Below are positions 10,270-20,092 of a DNA stretch of 64,000 nucleotides, piece after piece. The DNA is from an uncultured Gammaproteobacteria bacterium (lineage in GTDB: Bacteria > Pseudomonadota > Gammaproteobacteria > Steroidobacterales > Rariloculaceae). The notes below the pieces were generated by a model. The model did not search any database, was not told where the DNA came from, and was given only the letters and a program-made list of their open reading frames with translations. Position 1 is the stretch's first letter; the number at the start of each line of letters is the position of its first letter. Location of the stretch: positions 517,850 to 581,849 of the forward strand of contig CAVUKQ010000014.1 in assembly GCA_963742115.1 (NCBI GenBank). Reading direction: 5' to 3'. Position numbers and translations under genes: made by a program.

Positions 10270-11691
10270 ATGTCCATCTTCATCGCCGGCTCGGCGCGCG
10301 TCGCCGCGCTCGTAGCCACCGTATCGCTCACCGCTTTGACCGCCGGTGCGTTGGTCTCGTCGATGCCCGCCGCGGCGCAACCCGCGTTCGGGGCGGGCGG
10401 ACCGGGTCCGCGCGCCACGAATCAGAACCTGCCGAAAACACCGACGGCCGTCCGCCTGCCGACGTTGTCGGCCGAGATCACGGGCCCGGGGCCGATGTTC
10501 AACTCGGCGCCGTCCCAGGCGAAGGGGCTCGACCTCGAGCACTTCGGCTACGTGACGAGGGAATACTTCGCGTCGGGCACGGCGGACGGCAAACCGTACA
10601 CGACGCGCGTCGTCGTGCGCTTTCCGCGCGATGCGCGCAAATTCAGCGGCCTCGTGCTCGCCGAGTCGATGCACGTGAGCGGCGCCGCGCACGCGTTCGA
10701 GTTCACAGCCGCGTACGTGATGGACTCGGGTCACGCGGCCGTCGAGATCCTCACGACGTCACAGGATCAGTTCGTCGCGATGAACGCGAAGCGCTACGAG
10801 AAGCTTCACACCGAGGACGGCCAACAGGACGAGATCCTCGCGCAAGTCGGCGCGCTCGTGAAAGCCAAGAGCGCGCTCACGGGCGGCGCGGTAGTACGCA
10901 AGATGGTGATGTCGGGCAGCTCGATGAGCTCGGGCACGCTGATCAACTACCTGCCCGCTCACATGGTGCTCCGCACGCCGGACATGCAGCGGATCTTCGA
11001 CGGCTTCATGCCGACGTCGGCGGGCCAGACGATCATGGAGATCGACGTGCCGCTGATTCAGCTGCCGACGATGCACGAGGTCGAGACCAACGTGCCGCGC
11101 CGCCAAGACAGCGACGAGCCCGGCAAGCAGTACCGCCTCTACGAGATCGCGGGCGTCGGCCACGTCGACTCGCGCGACAACGTGCGCCTGCTGCCGAATC
11201 CGTGCGTGAAACCGCTCAGCACCTTTCCGGTCCAGGCTTACATGTCGTTGGGCCTGTACCACTTGCTGCGCTGGGTCGATCAAGGCGTCTCCCCGCCGCA
11301 TGCTAGTCGCGTGCTGCTCGACCGCGACGTGACGAACGACGGCTCGGCGATGGCGCTCGATGCACACGGCAACCCGCTCGGCGGCATCCGCAATCCGTAC
11401 GTCGACGTCCCGACGGCGAAGTACCGGCCGATCAATACGGCCGCCGAGCCGCTGATCGCGAACCCGAGCGCATACGTCGCCGCGAATGGCCTACAAGGCG
11501 CGCAAATCATGTGCCGCTTGAGCGCGTATCAGGAACCGCTAGCGAAGGACGAGCTGCGCAAGCTCTACGGCAGCAAGCGCGACTACGTGAAGAAGGTCGA
11601 GGCACGCTTGGGCGACCTCGAGCGCGAGGGCTGGTCGCTGCCGCTGTACCGGCCGCTGATCCTCGCCGACGCGAACGCGATCGACTTTTGA
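10270..11691 (+). CDS. secreted protein of unknown function (possible hydrolase fold)
   Basis: ATG at 10270 has AGGGGGA upstream. The signal peptide is MSIFIAGSARVAALVATVSLTALTAGALVSSMPAAAQ. The ~470-aa ORF is well codon-biased. Function is not established from sequence. Confidence 0.6.
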   Translation: MSIFIAGSARVAALVATVSLTALTAGALVSSMPAAAQPAFGAGGPGPRATNQNLPKTPTAVRLPTLSAEITGPGPMFNSAPSQAKGLDLEHFGYVTREYFASGTADGKPYTTRVVVRFPRDARKFSGLVLAESMHVSGAAHAFEFTAAYVMDSGHAAVEILTTSQDQFVAMNAKRYEKLHTEDGQQDEILAQVGALVKAKSALTGGAVVRKMVMSGSSMSSGTLINYLPAHMVLRTPDMQRIFDGFMPTSAGQTIMEIDVPLIQLPTMHEVETNVPRRQDSDEPGKQYRLYEIAGVGHVDSRDNVRLLPNPCVKPLSTFPVQAYMSLGLYHLLRWVDQGVSPPHASRVLLDRDVTNDGSAMALDAHGNPLGGIRNPYVDVPTAKYRPINTAAEPLIANPSAYVAANGLQGAQIMCRLSAYQEPLAKDELRKLYGSKRDYVKKVEARLGDLEREGWSLPLYRPLILADANAIDF

Positions 11692-11956
11692 GCGCGTCCA
11701 CGCGCTAGAAGCGAACGCCGTTCTCGACGGCGCCGAAGCAAGGTACCGCCGTGCACGAATTGGAGCGGAGCGTCGCAATATTGCGAATCCGCCACGGCTT
11801 CTCGTCGCCAACCACCGCTGCTATCCACGCGCTCCACAGTGTGCGAGCGCGCCGCGTTCCGACTGCGCGGCATGGTGGACCGGCCCCGTAAACGGGTGGC
11901 GCGCTTCTTGCTATTGCTCCCTAACGACATTGAATTTGAAACAGGGAGCGATGCAG

Positions 11957-12550
11957 ATGAAATTTCGCGCATGGTGGGTGTTAGCCGTGGCTTGTCCCGG
12001 CGCCGCGTTCGCACAGCCCTATGGCTCGGTGAGTCTCGGCCGGGCAAGCGCGGACTTCCCGATCGAAGCGCCATTCAACGGCTTGGTCGACGACAAGGGC
12101 ATGACGTATGGCCTCCACTTCGGCGTGGGATTCGGCGAAAGATGGGCCGCCGAGCTCGGCTACAACGGCTACGACAACTTCGATGGCCACGCGACGCCGT
12201 GCGCCGTTGGCGCGGCGTGCATCCCGGTCGTGACCGAGGAATCCGTGAGCCAAACGGTGTACGAGGCTGCGCTCGTGCGGCGCTTCATGATCAAAAACCT
12301 CCGCTTCTACGGTAAGGCCGGTTACTACCGGGCGAACATCGACACGAACATCCCGTTCGACGAGTCCGATTTTACCGAGAACGGGTTGGTGCTCGGCATC
12401 GGGATGAACTGGGCTTTTGCGGCTCCCTGGAACATATCGATCGAGGCCACGCGGTTCGATGACAACGTCTCGCAGTTCACGGTCGGCGTCGGCTGGGGAC
12501 TGAGTTTCGGCAAGAAGGACCAGAGCGGGAGCGCCGACGACGGCAACTGA
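11957..12550 (+). CDS. outer-membrane beta-barrel protein (OmpA-like/OmpW-like porin family)
   Basis: Signal peptide MKFRAWWVLAVACPGAAFA. Alternating hydrophobic beta-strand pattern, aromatic girdle residues and a near-C-terminal ..FTVGVGWGLSF strand. GGGAG SD lies upstream. Confidence 0.6.
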   Translation: MKFRAWWVLAVACPGAAFAQPYGSVSLGRASADFPIEAPFNGLVDDKGMTYGLHFGVGFGERWAAELGYNGYDNFDGHATPCAVGAACIPVVTEESVSQTVYEAALVRRFMIKNLRFYGKAGYYRANIDTNIPFDESDFTENGLVLGIGMNWAFAAPWNISIEATRFDDNVSQFTVGVGWGLSFGKKDQSGSADDGN

Positions 12551-12666
12551 CGTGACAACTACCGCGCTCCAGCCACAACCACCGCCAGCGCACTGATAGC
12601 GCACTCGCATGGCCGGCAACGCCGGCCGGCGTAGTGGCGCAGCGCGCGATTCACTAGAATGCGCGC

Positions 12667-14047
12667 ATGCCCGACGCCCTGCTGCTCGCTCGTATCCAGT
12701 TCGGGTTCACGATTTCGTTCCACATCCTATTTCCCGCCTTTTCGATCGGCCTCGCGAGCTGGCTCGTCATGCTCGAGCTCCTGTGGCTGCGCACCGGCAA
12801 AGCTGCGTACCAAAGCCTCTATAGGTTCTGGCTCAAGATCTTCGCGGTATCGTTCGGCCTCGGCGTCGTGTCGGGGCTCGTGATGAGCTTCGAGTTCGGC
12901 ACGAACTGGAGCGCGTTCTCCGCCGCAACGGGCAACATCTTGGGGCCGTTGCTCGGCTACGAGGTGTTGACCGCATTCTTCCTCGAGGCCACGTTCCTCG
13001 GCGTAATGCTGTTCGGCGCGGAGCGCGTGAGCCGCGGCGTGCATTTTCTCGCGACCTGCGTCGTGGCGCTCGGCACGCTGATCTCGGCGTTCTGGATCCT
13101 CGCAGCGAGCAGCTGGATGCACACGCCGGCGGGCTACAGCATCCGCGACGGCGTGTACTACCCCGAGAGCTGGCTCGCGATCGTCTTCAACCCGTCGTTC
13201 CCGTATCGCTTCGTGCACATGACGCTCGCGGCTTACTTGAGCACGTGCTTCGTCGTCGCGGGCGTGTCCGCGCGCTACCTGCTCAGGGGCGAATATCCGC
13301 AGCGCGCGAAGCTCATGCTGCAGCTCGCGGTCGTGTTCGCGAGCATCGTGGTGCCGCTGCAGATCGTCGATCGGCGACCTGCACGGGCTGAACACCGTCG
13401 AGCATCAGCCCGCGAAGATCGCCGCGATGGAGGCGCACTGGGAATCGCGCGCGGGCGCGCCGCTGATCCTGTTCGCGTGGCCCGACGCCGCGGCGGAGGA
13501 GAACCGCTTCGAGATCGCGATCCCGAAGCTCGGCAGCCTGATCCTGCGCCACGACGTCGACGCGACCGTCACGGGTCTCAAGGAGTTCGCGCCGCGCGAC
13601 CGGCCGTCGGTGCTTATCCCGTTCTTCGGTTTCCGCACGATGGTGGGCATCGGCATGCTGATGCTCGCGGCGGCGTGGACCGGCCTCGTGCTGCTCGTGC
13701 GCGGCAAGCTCGTCGCGGCGCGCTGGTACCTCACGATCCTGCCGTGGATGATCCCAGCCGGATTCGTCGCGCTGCTCGCGGGCTGGCTCACGACCGAGGT
13801 CGGGCGGCAGCCGTACATCGTGTACGGGCTCATGCGCACGGCCGACGCCGTCTCGGCGGTGCCTAGCGCGAGCCTGCTGACGACGCTCGCGTTGTTCGTC
13901 GGCGTGTACGGAGGCGTATTCGGCGCGGGCGTGTATTACATGGCGCGCCTGATCCGCAACGGTCCCGCCGAGATAGGGACATCCGCGGCCGCGACGCCGG
14001 CTCGTCCGCTATCCATGCCCGGCGAGCCCCTCGAGGGAGCGCACTGA
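12667..14047 (+). CDS. cydA: cytochrome bd-type (CIO-like, short Q-loop) ubiquinol oxidase subunit I; one frame break
   Basis: The N-terminus LARIQFGFTISFHILFPAFSIGLA is canonical CydA. The frame changes at about 13368 (..PLQIV / IGDLHGLNTVEHQPAKIAAMEAHWES..), where a single extra g is visible in gtcGatcggcgac. The total of ~460 codons implies a short Q-loop. Confidence 0.85.
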
Positions 14048-15053
14048 TGGAAGGCGAAGTGCTGCCGTTCGTCTGGCTCTGCGTCATCGGATTCGCGATC
14101 TTCATGTACGTGCTGCTCGACGGCTTCGTGCTCGGCGCGGGAATCCTGTTCTCGTTCCTGCCGCGCGACGCGGACCGCGACACGCTGATGACGTCGGTCG
14201 CGCCGATCTGGGACGGCAACGAGACCTGGCTCGTGCTCGGCGCGGGCGGGCTGTTCGCGGCGTTCCCGCTCGCTTACTCGATCGTGCTGCCCGCGCTGTA
14301 CCTGCCGTTCATGCTCATGCTGCTCGGGCTCGTGTTCCGCGGCATCGCATTCGAGTTTCGGTTCAAAGCGAAACGCCGCCGGCACGTGTGGGACCGCGCT
14401 TTCCAGTGGGGCTCGATCGCCGCGACGTTCTGCCAAGGCCTCGTGCTCGGTGCGTTCGTCGAAGGGTTCGACCTCGACGGCACGCGCTTCGTCGGCGGCT
14501 CGCTCGCGTGGGCTTCGCCGTTCGGCGTCGTCACCGGGCTCGCGCTCGTCGCGGGCTACGCGCTGCTCGGCGCGACCTGGCTCATCATGAAAGCGCCGGG
14601 CGATCTCGAAGCGTGGGCGAGACGCGTGTCCGCGCGCCTGCTGCTGCTCGTGCTCGTGCTGATCGCGCGTGATCAGCGCGTGGGTACCGTTTCTCGACAA
14701 CGACATCCGCCTGCGTTGGTTCTCTCTGCCGAACTTCTACTTCTTGTCGCAGGTGCCGCTGCTCACCTTGATCGCGGGTTTTCTGCACTGGCGCACGACG
14801 CACTCGCGGCGCACCGTGGCGCCGTTTCTGCTGACGCTCGCGCTGTTCGCGCTCGGCTACGCGGGTCTCGCGATCAGTCTCTGGCCGAACATCGTGCCGC
14901 ACTCGATCCCGTACTGGGCGGCCGCGGCCGCGCCATCGAGTCAAACGTTCCTGCTCGTCGGGCGCCGCCGTCGCGCTGCCGGCCGTGCTCTTCTATACCG
15001 CGTATTCCTACTACGTGTTCCGCGGCAAGGTCGTGCGCCCGTTGAGCTACTGA
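14047..15053 (+). CDS. cydB: cytochrome bd-type ubiquinol oxidase subunit II; two frame breaks
   Basis: Its ATG overlaps the cydA TGA (TGATGG). Conserved DGFxLGxG and WDGNETWLV motifs are present. Frames change near 14658 (..LVLVLIA / VISAWVPFL..) and near 14965 (..SQTFLLV / GAAVALPAVLFYTAYSYYVFRGKV..*). Length is 3n+2. Confidence 0.8.
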
Positions 15054-15070
15054 GCGTCCCGCGACAGGCG

Positions 15071-16141
15071 CTAGGCCGCGTTCGAACGCAGCCCGCGGCG
15101 CGCGCGCACGGCCTGCGCGAGACGCTCGAGCACGCCGAGCGAGGATTCCCAGTCGAGACAGCCGTCCGTGATGCTCTGGCCGTAGCGCAACGGCCGCCCC
15201 GGCGCGAGGTCCTGCCGTCCGCCGACGAGATGGCTCTCCACCATCACGCCCACGATGCGCACCTCGCCGCCCGCGATCTGCGCCGCGATGCTGTCCGCGA
15301 CGCGCGGCTGATTGTCGGGTTGCTTCGAGCTGTTCGCGTGGCTCGCGTCGATCATCAGACGCTGCGGCAAGCCCGCCTGCTCGAGCAGCTTGCACGCGGC
15401 CGCGACATCGGCGGCCTCGTAGTTCGGCTTCTTGCCGCCGCGCAGGATCACGTGGCCGTCCGGATTGCCGGCGGTCGCGGCGACCGTCGCACGCCCGTCC
15501 TTGGTCACCGCGAGAAAATGATGCGGGTGCGCGGCCGCGCCGACCGCGTCCACCGCGATCTTCACGTTGCCGTCCGTGCCGTTCTTGAACCCTACGGGAC
15601 ACGAGAGCCCCGAAGCCATCTCGCGGTGCACCTGGCTCTCCGTCGTGCGCGCGCCGATCGCACCCCAGGCGACCAGGTCGGAGATGTATTGCGGCGAGAT
15701 GATGTCGAGGTACTCGACGCCGGCGGGCAATCCGAGCGCATTGATGTCGCAGAGCAGCCCACGCGCAAGCCGCAGCCCCTTGTTGATCTTGAACGTCCCG
15801 TCGAGATCGGGATCGTTGATCAGCCCTTTCCAGCCGACGGTGGTGCGCGGCTTCTCGAAATACACGCGCATCACGATCTCGAGCGCGTCACCGAGGCTGT
15901 CGCGCATGACGCGGAGGCGCAGCGCGTACTCCATCGCGGCCTTCGGGTCGTGGATCGAGCACGGCCCGATCACGACCGCGAGCCGGTCGTCGGCGCCGTG
16001 CAGAATCGCGTGCAGCGCCGTGCGCGCGGCCGCCACCGTGCTCGACATCGCTTCGCTGCACGGCAGCTCGCCGAGCACCTCGGCCGGCGTGCTGAGCGCA
16101 TCGAAGCTGCGAATTCGTAGATCGTCTGTGTACGGCGGCAT
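15071..16141 (-). CDS. aroG: 3-deoxy-7-phosphoheptulonate (DAHP) synthase, class I (AroF/G/H type)
   Basis: Motifs EKPRTTVGWKGLINDP, GLSCPVGFKNGTDG and IDASHANS are present. ATG at 16141 has SD GGAGAAGAG upstream. Isoenzyme specificity cannot be read from the sequence. Confidence 0.9.
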   Translation of the reverse strand: MPPYTDDLRIRSFDALSTPAEVLGELPCSEAMSSTVAAARTALHAILHGADDRLAVVIGPCSIHDPKAAMEYALRLRVMRDSLGDALEIVMRVYFEKPRTTVGWKGLINDPDLDGTFKINKGLRLARGLLCDINALGLPAGVEYLDIISPQYISDLVAWGAIGARTTESQVHREMASGLSCPVGFKNGTDGNVKIAVDAVGAAAHPHHFLAVTKDGRATVAATAGNPDGHVILRGGKKPNYEAADVAAACKLLEQAGLPQRLMIDASHANSSKQPDNQPRVADSIAAQIAGGEVRIVGVMVESHLVGGRQDLAPGRPLRYGQSITDGCLDWESSLGVLERLAQAVRARRGLRSNAA

Positions 16142-16182
16142 AACTCTCTTCTCCGGTGGTTCAGCGAGCGAACCCACGGCAT

Positions 16183-16214
16183 AAAAAAAGCCGCCAGGTT
16201 CGCTGGCGGCTTTT
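16183..16214 (-). terminator. intrinsic terminator inside the aroG 5' leader (candidate attenuator)
   Basis: Minus strand reads AAAA-GCCGCCAG-CGAAC-CTGGCGGC-TTTTTTT. It ends about 41 nt before the aroG ATG, and no co-directional gene lies upstream because mfd is divergent. Confidence 0.75.
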
Positions 16215-16237
16215 CTGGGTGTCTCGGTTTTAGTCGT

Positions 16238-16318
16238 TCAGACCGTTCGCGACCCTTCCTCCGCCTGCGGCTTCGGAAACGCGTAATACCAAAAGTGGAA
16301 ACGGGCGGTCGCGGTCAT
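16238..16318 (-). CDS. candidate aromatic-amino-acid leader peptide (26 aa) of the DAHP synthase gene
   Basis: ATG at 16318 gives MTATARFHFWYYAFPKPQAEEGSRTV, with TGA at 16240..16238. Six of eight consecutive codons are Phe, Trp or Tyr. The terminator begins 24 nt downstream. No convincing SD precedes the ATG. Confidence 0.55.
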   Translation of the reverse strand: MTATARFHFWYYAFPKPQAEEGSRTV

Positions 16319-16405
16319 AGGCGCGCATTGATACCACAGGTTCGGGCGGTTCGCCAAATTTCCGGCACACGGGGCGCCCATCGGGCGTATGTGCCAACGC
16401 CGGCA

Positions 16406-16518
16406 CGTCGAGCTCGCGAGCATCGTTCCCGGGACACGCTAAGAAGCCATCCCTGGGGCTCGGCGGCGCACATCCCTGTGCGCCGACGGTCCCGGGAACG
16501 ACGCTCGCGACCTCGACG
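16406..16518. repeat. 113-bp nested inverted repeat in the aroG-mfd intergenic region
   Basis: 30-nt arms at 16406..16435 (cgtcgagctcgcgagcatcgttcccgggac) and 16489..16518 are complementary at 28 of 30 positions. An inner 8-bp hairpin ggcgcaca-tccc-tgtgcgcc sits at 16465..16484. Confidence 0.7.
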
Positions 16519-16593
16519 CGCCGGCCCAAGCGTCACGTTGGCCGCCCGGAAGCGGCGCTATGGGATAATTCGCGCCCTTTCCGTCGGTCGAAC

Positions 16594-19500
16594 GTGATGG
16601 CTCGTGACTACGTATTGAGTGATTTGCCGCTGCCGGATGCCGCGCGGCCGCGCGTCGAGTGGGCGCAGCTGCACGGAGCGGGCATCAGCCTCGGCGTCGC
16701 GGAGGCCGCGTCGCGGCATCGGGGAACGGTGTGCGTAATCACGCCCAATGCGGCGGCGGCCGACCGTATCGAGCGCGAGCTCGAGTTCTTCGGCGGGCGG
16801 CCCCCGCGGCGGTTCCCGGACTACGAGACGCTGCCGTACGAGCCGATATCCCCGCCTCAGGACCTGCTCGCGGACCGGCTGCTTCGGCTCTACCAGCTCG
16901 CGCGCGGCGAGCCGCAGACGCTGATCGTGGAGGCCGGGGCCCTGCTGAGCCGCCTGCCGCCGCCCGAGTTCGTGCTGTCTCGATCGCTGTCCGTCGCGGT
17001 AGGCGACCGTCTCGAGCACGCCGCGATGATCCGCCGGCTCACGGAGCACGGCTATCTGCGCGTCGAGCAAGTCGCCGAGCCCGGCGAGTTCGCCGTGCGC
17101 GGCGCGGTGCTCGACGTATTCCCGACGGGCAGCAGCGGGCCGATCCGCATCGACCTCTTCGACGACGAGATCGAAAGCCTCCGCGTGTTCGACCCGCAGA
17201 CACAGCTCTCGGCCGGCAAGATCGACTCGATCCGAATCCTGCCCGCGCGCGAGTTTCCGTTCGACGACGCGGCGATCAAGCGTTTCGCGAGCGCTTCCGC
17301 GAGCAGTTCCACGTCGACCCGAGCCGCTGCCCCGTGTACCGCACCATCTCCGAGGCTCAGCTGCCGGCCGGGATCGAGTACTACCTGCCGCTGTTCTTCA
17401 CGGCGACCGTATCGCTGCTCGACTATCTCGGCGAGGACGTGTTGATCGTCGTAGCCGAAGACGCCCTCGCGGGGCTGGACGAGGCTTGGAGCCTCGTAAC
17501 GGAGCGCTACGAGCAACTGCGCGGGGACATCGAGCAGCCGATCTTGGCGCCCCCGCAAGCGTTCTTCGCGCCGGACGAGCTCAGAGGCGGAATCGCGGAA
17601 CGCCGCACGCTGGTGCTGCTCGCACGCGAGACGCCCGACGTCGCGTCGAGTGGCGACGGCGCGTTCAACGCGGGCATCACGCATCCGCTCGCGAGCGGCG
17701 TCGCGGCGTCCGACGATCGAATCTCGCGCTGGCTCGGCGCCGACAGCGGCGAGCGCACGCTGCTCGCGACGTCGTCGCCCGGGCACCGCGAGATGATGCT
17801 CGATCTCTTGCGCAACCGCGCCCGCGATCCCGTCACGTTCGCGAGCTGGGACGAGTTCCTCGCGAGCGACATGCCGCTCGGCGTCGCAATCGCGGAGCTC
17901 GGCGAAGGCCTGCGCATCGCGGCGCGCAAGATCCGCGTGATCACGGCCACGGAGCTCGGCATGGAGCGCCCGAGGCAGCGCCAACGTCGCCGGCGCGCGC
18001 GCGATCCCGAGGCCGTGATCCGCGAGCTCACCGACCTGCACATCGGCGCGCCGGTCGTGCACGAGGATCACGGCGTGGGCCGCTATCGCGGCCTCACGAC
18101 GCTGGACGTCGACGGTGTGCTCACGGAGTTCCTGCTGCTCGAATACGCGGGCGGCGACAAGCTGTACGTGCCCGTGCAGAGCCTGCACCTCGTCACGCGC
18201 TACAGCGGCGCGGCCCCCGAGGACGCACCGCTGCATCGGTTGGGCTCGGATCAATGGGCGAAGGCGAAGCGCAAAGCCGCCGAGCAGGCGCGCGATACGG
18301 CCGCCGAGCTCTTGAATCTCTACGCCCAGCGCGCGGCGCGCCAAGGCACGCAGCTCGCGCTCGACGAGAACGCATACCAACGCTTCGCGCTCGAGTTTCC
18401 GTTCGAGGAGACCGAGGATCAGCTCACCGCCATCGAGCGCGTGCTCGCGGACCTCGCGAGCGAGCGGCCGATGGACCGCGTGGTCTGCGGCGACGTCGGC
18501 TTCGGCAAGACCGAGGTCGCTCTGCGCTCCGCGTTCGTCGCAGTGCAGGCGGGTTATCAAGTGGCCGTGCTCGTGCCGACCACCCTGCTAGCGGAGCAGC
18601 ACTACCGCACCTTCACGGACCGGTTCGCTGAGTGGCCCGTGCGGGTCGAGCTGCTGTCGAGGTTCCGCAGCGCCGCGGGCTCTACGGAGGCGCTCAAGGG
18701 GCTCGCGGAGGGCAACGTCGACATCGTGATCGGCACTCACAAGCTGCTGCAGCCGGATCTGAAGTTCAAACGGCTCGGCCTCGTGATCGTCGACGAGGAG
18801 CACCGCTTCGGCGTGAAGCACAAGGAGCGGCTGAAACGGCTGCGTGCGGAAGTCGACATGCTCACGCTCACGGCGACGCCGATTCCGCGCACGCTCAACA
18901 TGACGCTCGGCGGGCTCCGTGATCTCTCGATCATCGCGACACCGCCCGCGGACCGGCTCGCGGTGAAGACCTTCGTCGGCGAGTGGAGCGATCGGCAGAT
19001 CCGCGAAGCCGTGCTCCGCGAGATCCGCCGCGGCGGGCAGATCTACTTCGTGCACAACCGCGTCGAGAACATCGAGACCATCGCCGAGCAGCTGCGCAAG
19101 CTCCTGCCCGAGGCCGACGTGCGCGTCGCGCACGGCCAAATGTCGGAGCGCGAGCTCGAGGTCGTGATGCTCGACTTCTACCACCGTCAGTTCAACGTGC
19201 TCGTTTGCACGACGATCATCGAGAGCGGCATCGACATCCCGACCGCGAACACGATCATCATCAACCGCGCCGATCATCTCGGCCTCGCGCAGCTGCACCA
19301 GCTGCGCGGACGAGTCGGCCGCTCGCACCACCAGGCGTACGCGTATCTCGTGGCGCCGCCGATGCGCGCGTTGTCTGCGGACGCGGTCAAACGGCTGGAA
19401 GCGATCGAGTCGCTCGAGGAGCTCGGCTCGGGCTTCGCGCTCGCGACGCACGACCTCGAAATTCGCGGTGCCGGCGAGCTGCTCGGCGAGGGGCAGAGCG

Positions 19501-20066
19501 GCCAGATCCAAGCGATCGGCTTCACGCTCTACAACGAGCTCTTGGGGCGCGCGGTCGCAGCTTTGCGCGACGGCCGCGAGCCCGACCTCGAGGATCCGTT
19601 CACGCATGGCCCCGAGATCGAGATCGGCGTGCCCGCGCTGATCCCCGAGGACTACATGCCGGACGTGCACATGCGCCTCGTGCACTACAAACGAATCGCG
19701 AACGCAGCGTCGCAGGCCGAGCTCGACGAGCTGCAGGTCGAGCTCATCGACCGCTTCGGCCTGCTGCCGCCGCCGTTGAAAGTCCTGTTCGCGATCACCT
19801 GGCTCAAGCTGCTCGCCCTCAAGCTCGGGATAGCGAAGATCCAGGCGTCGGGCGAAGGCGGCAGCGTGCGCTTTGCGGAGCGCGCCAAGGTGGACCCCGT
19901 GCGCTTGATCGCGTTGATCGAAGGCGATCCGGAACGCTACCGCCTCGACGGGCCGTACAAGCTCAAGTTCTCGTGGCGCGTCGAGGCCGCGGAGCAGCGC
20001 GTAGGCGCGCTCGAGAAGCTGCTGAAACGGCTAGCGCCGAAGAACGTGGAATCCGCCGCTGCATGA
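16594..20066 (+). CDS. mfd: transcription-repair coupling factor Mfd; one frame break
   Basis: ORF 16594..17445 has the UvrB-homology N-terminus. ORF 16659..20066 has the CarD/RID domain, DEAD-box helicase motifs (GDVGFGKTEVA, VDEEHRFG) and the TRG/D7 region. The join is near 17287 (..AAIKRF / RERFREQFHVDP..), where ttcgcgag appears in place of the expected ttccgcgag, a 1-nt deletion. Confidence 0.9.
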
Positions 20067-20092
20067 GACGGGGCCGCGTTATACTCGCCCGT

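Noticed and set aside
16215-16560. Possibility that the structured aroG-mfd spacer encodes a known housekeeping RNA (RNase P RNA, tmRNA, SRP/4.5S or 6S), given the strong terminator at its 3' end on the minus strand.
   Set aside because: I read both strands. I could not find the conserved cores: GGAGGAAAGTCCGGGC or ACAGAACCCGGCTTA of RNase P, the tRNA-like ...GGTTCGA..CCACCA end of tmRNA, or the GGTCCGGAAGGAAGCAGCC of SRP RNA. The aromatic leader ORF plus terminator explains the 3' part better.
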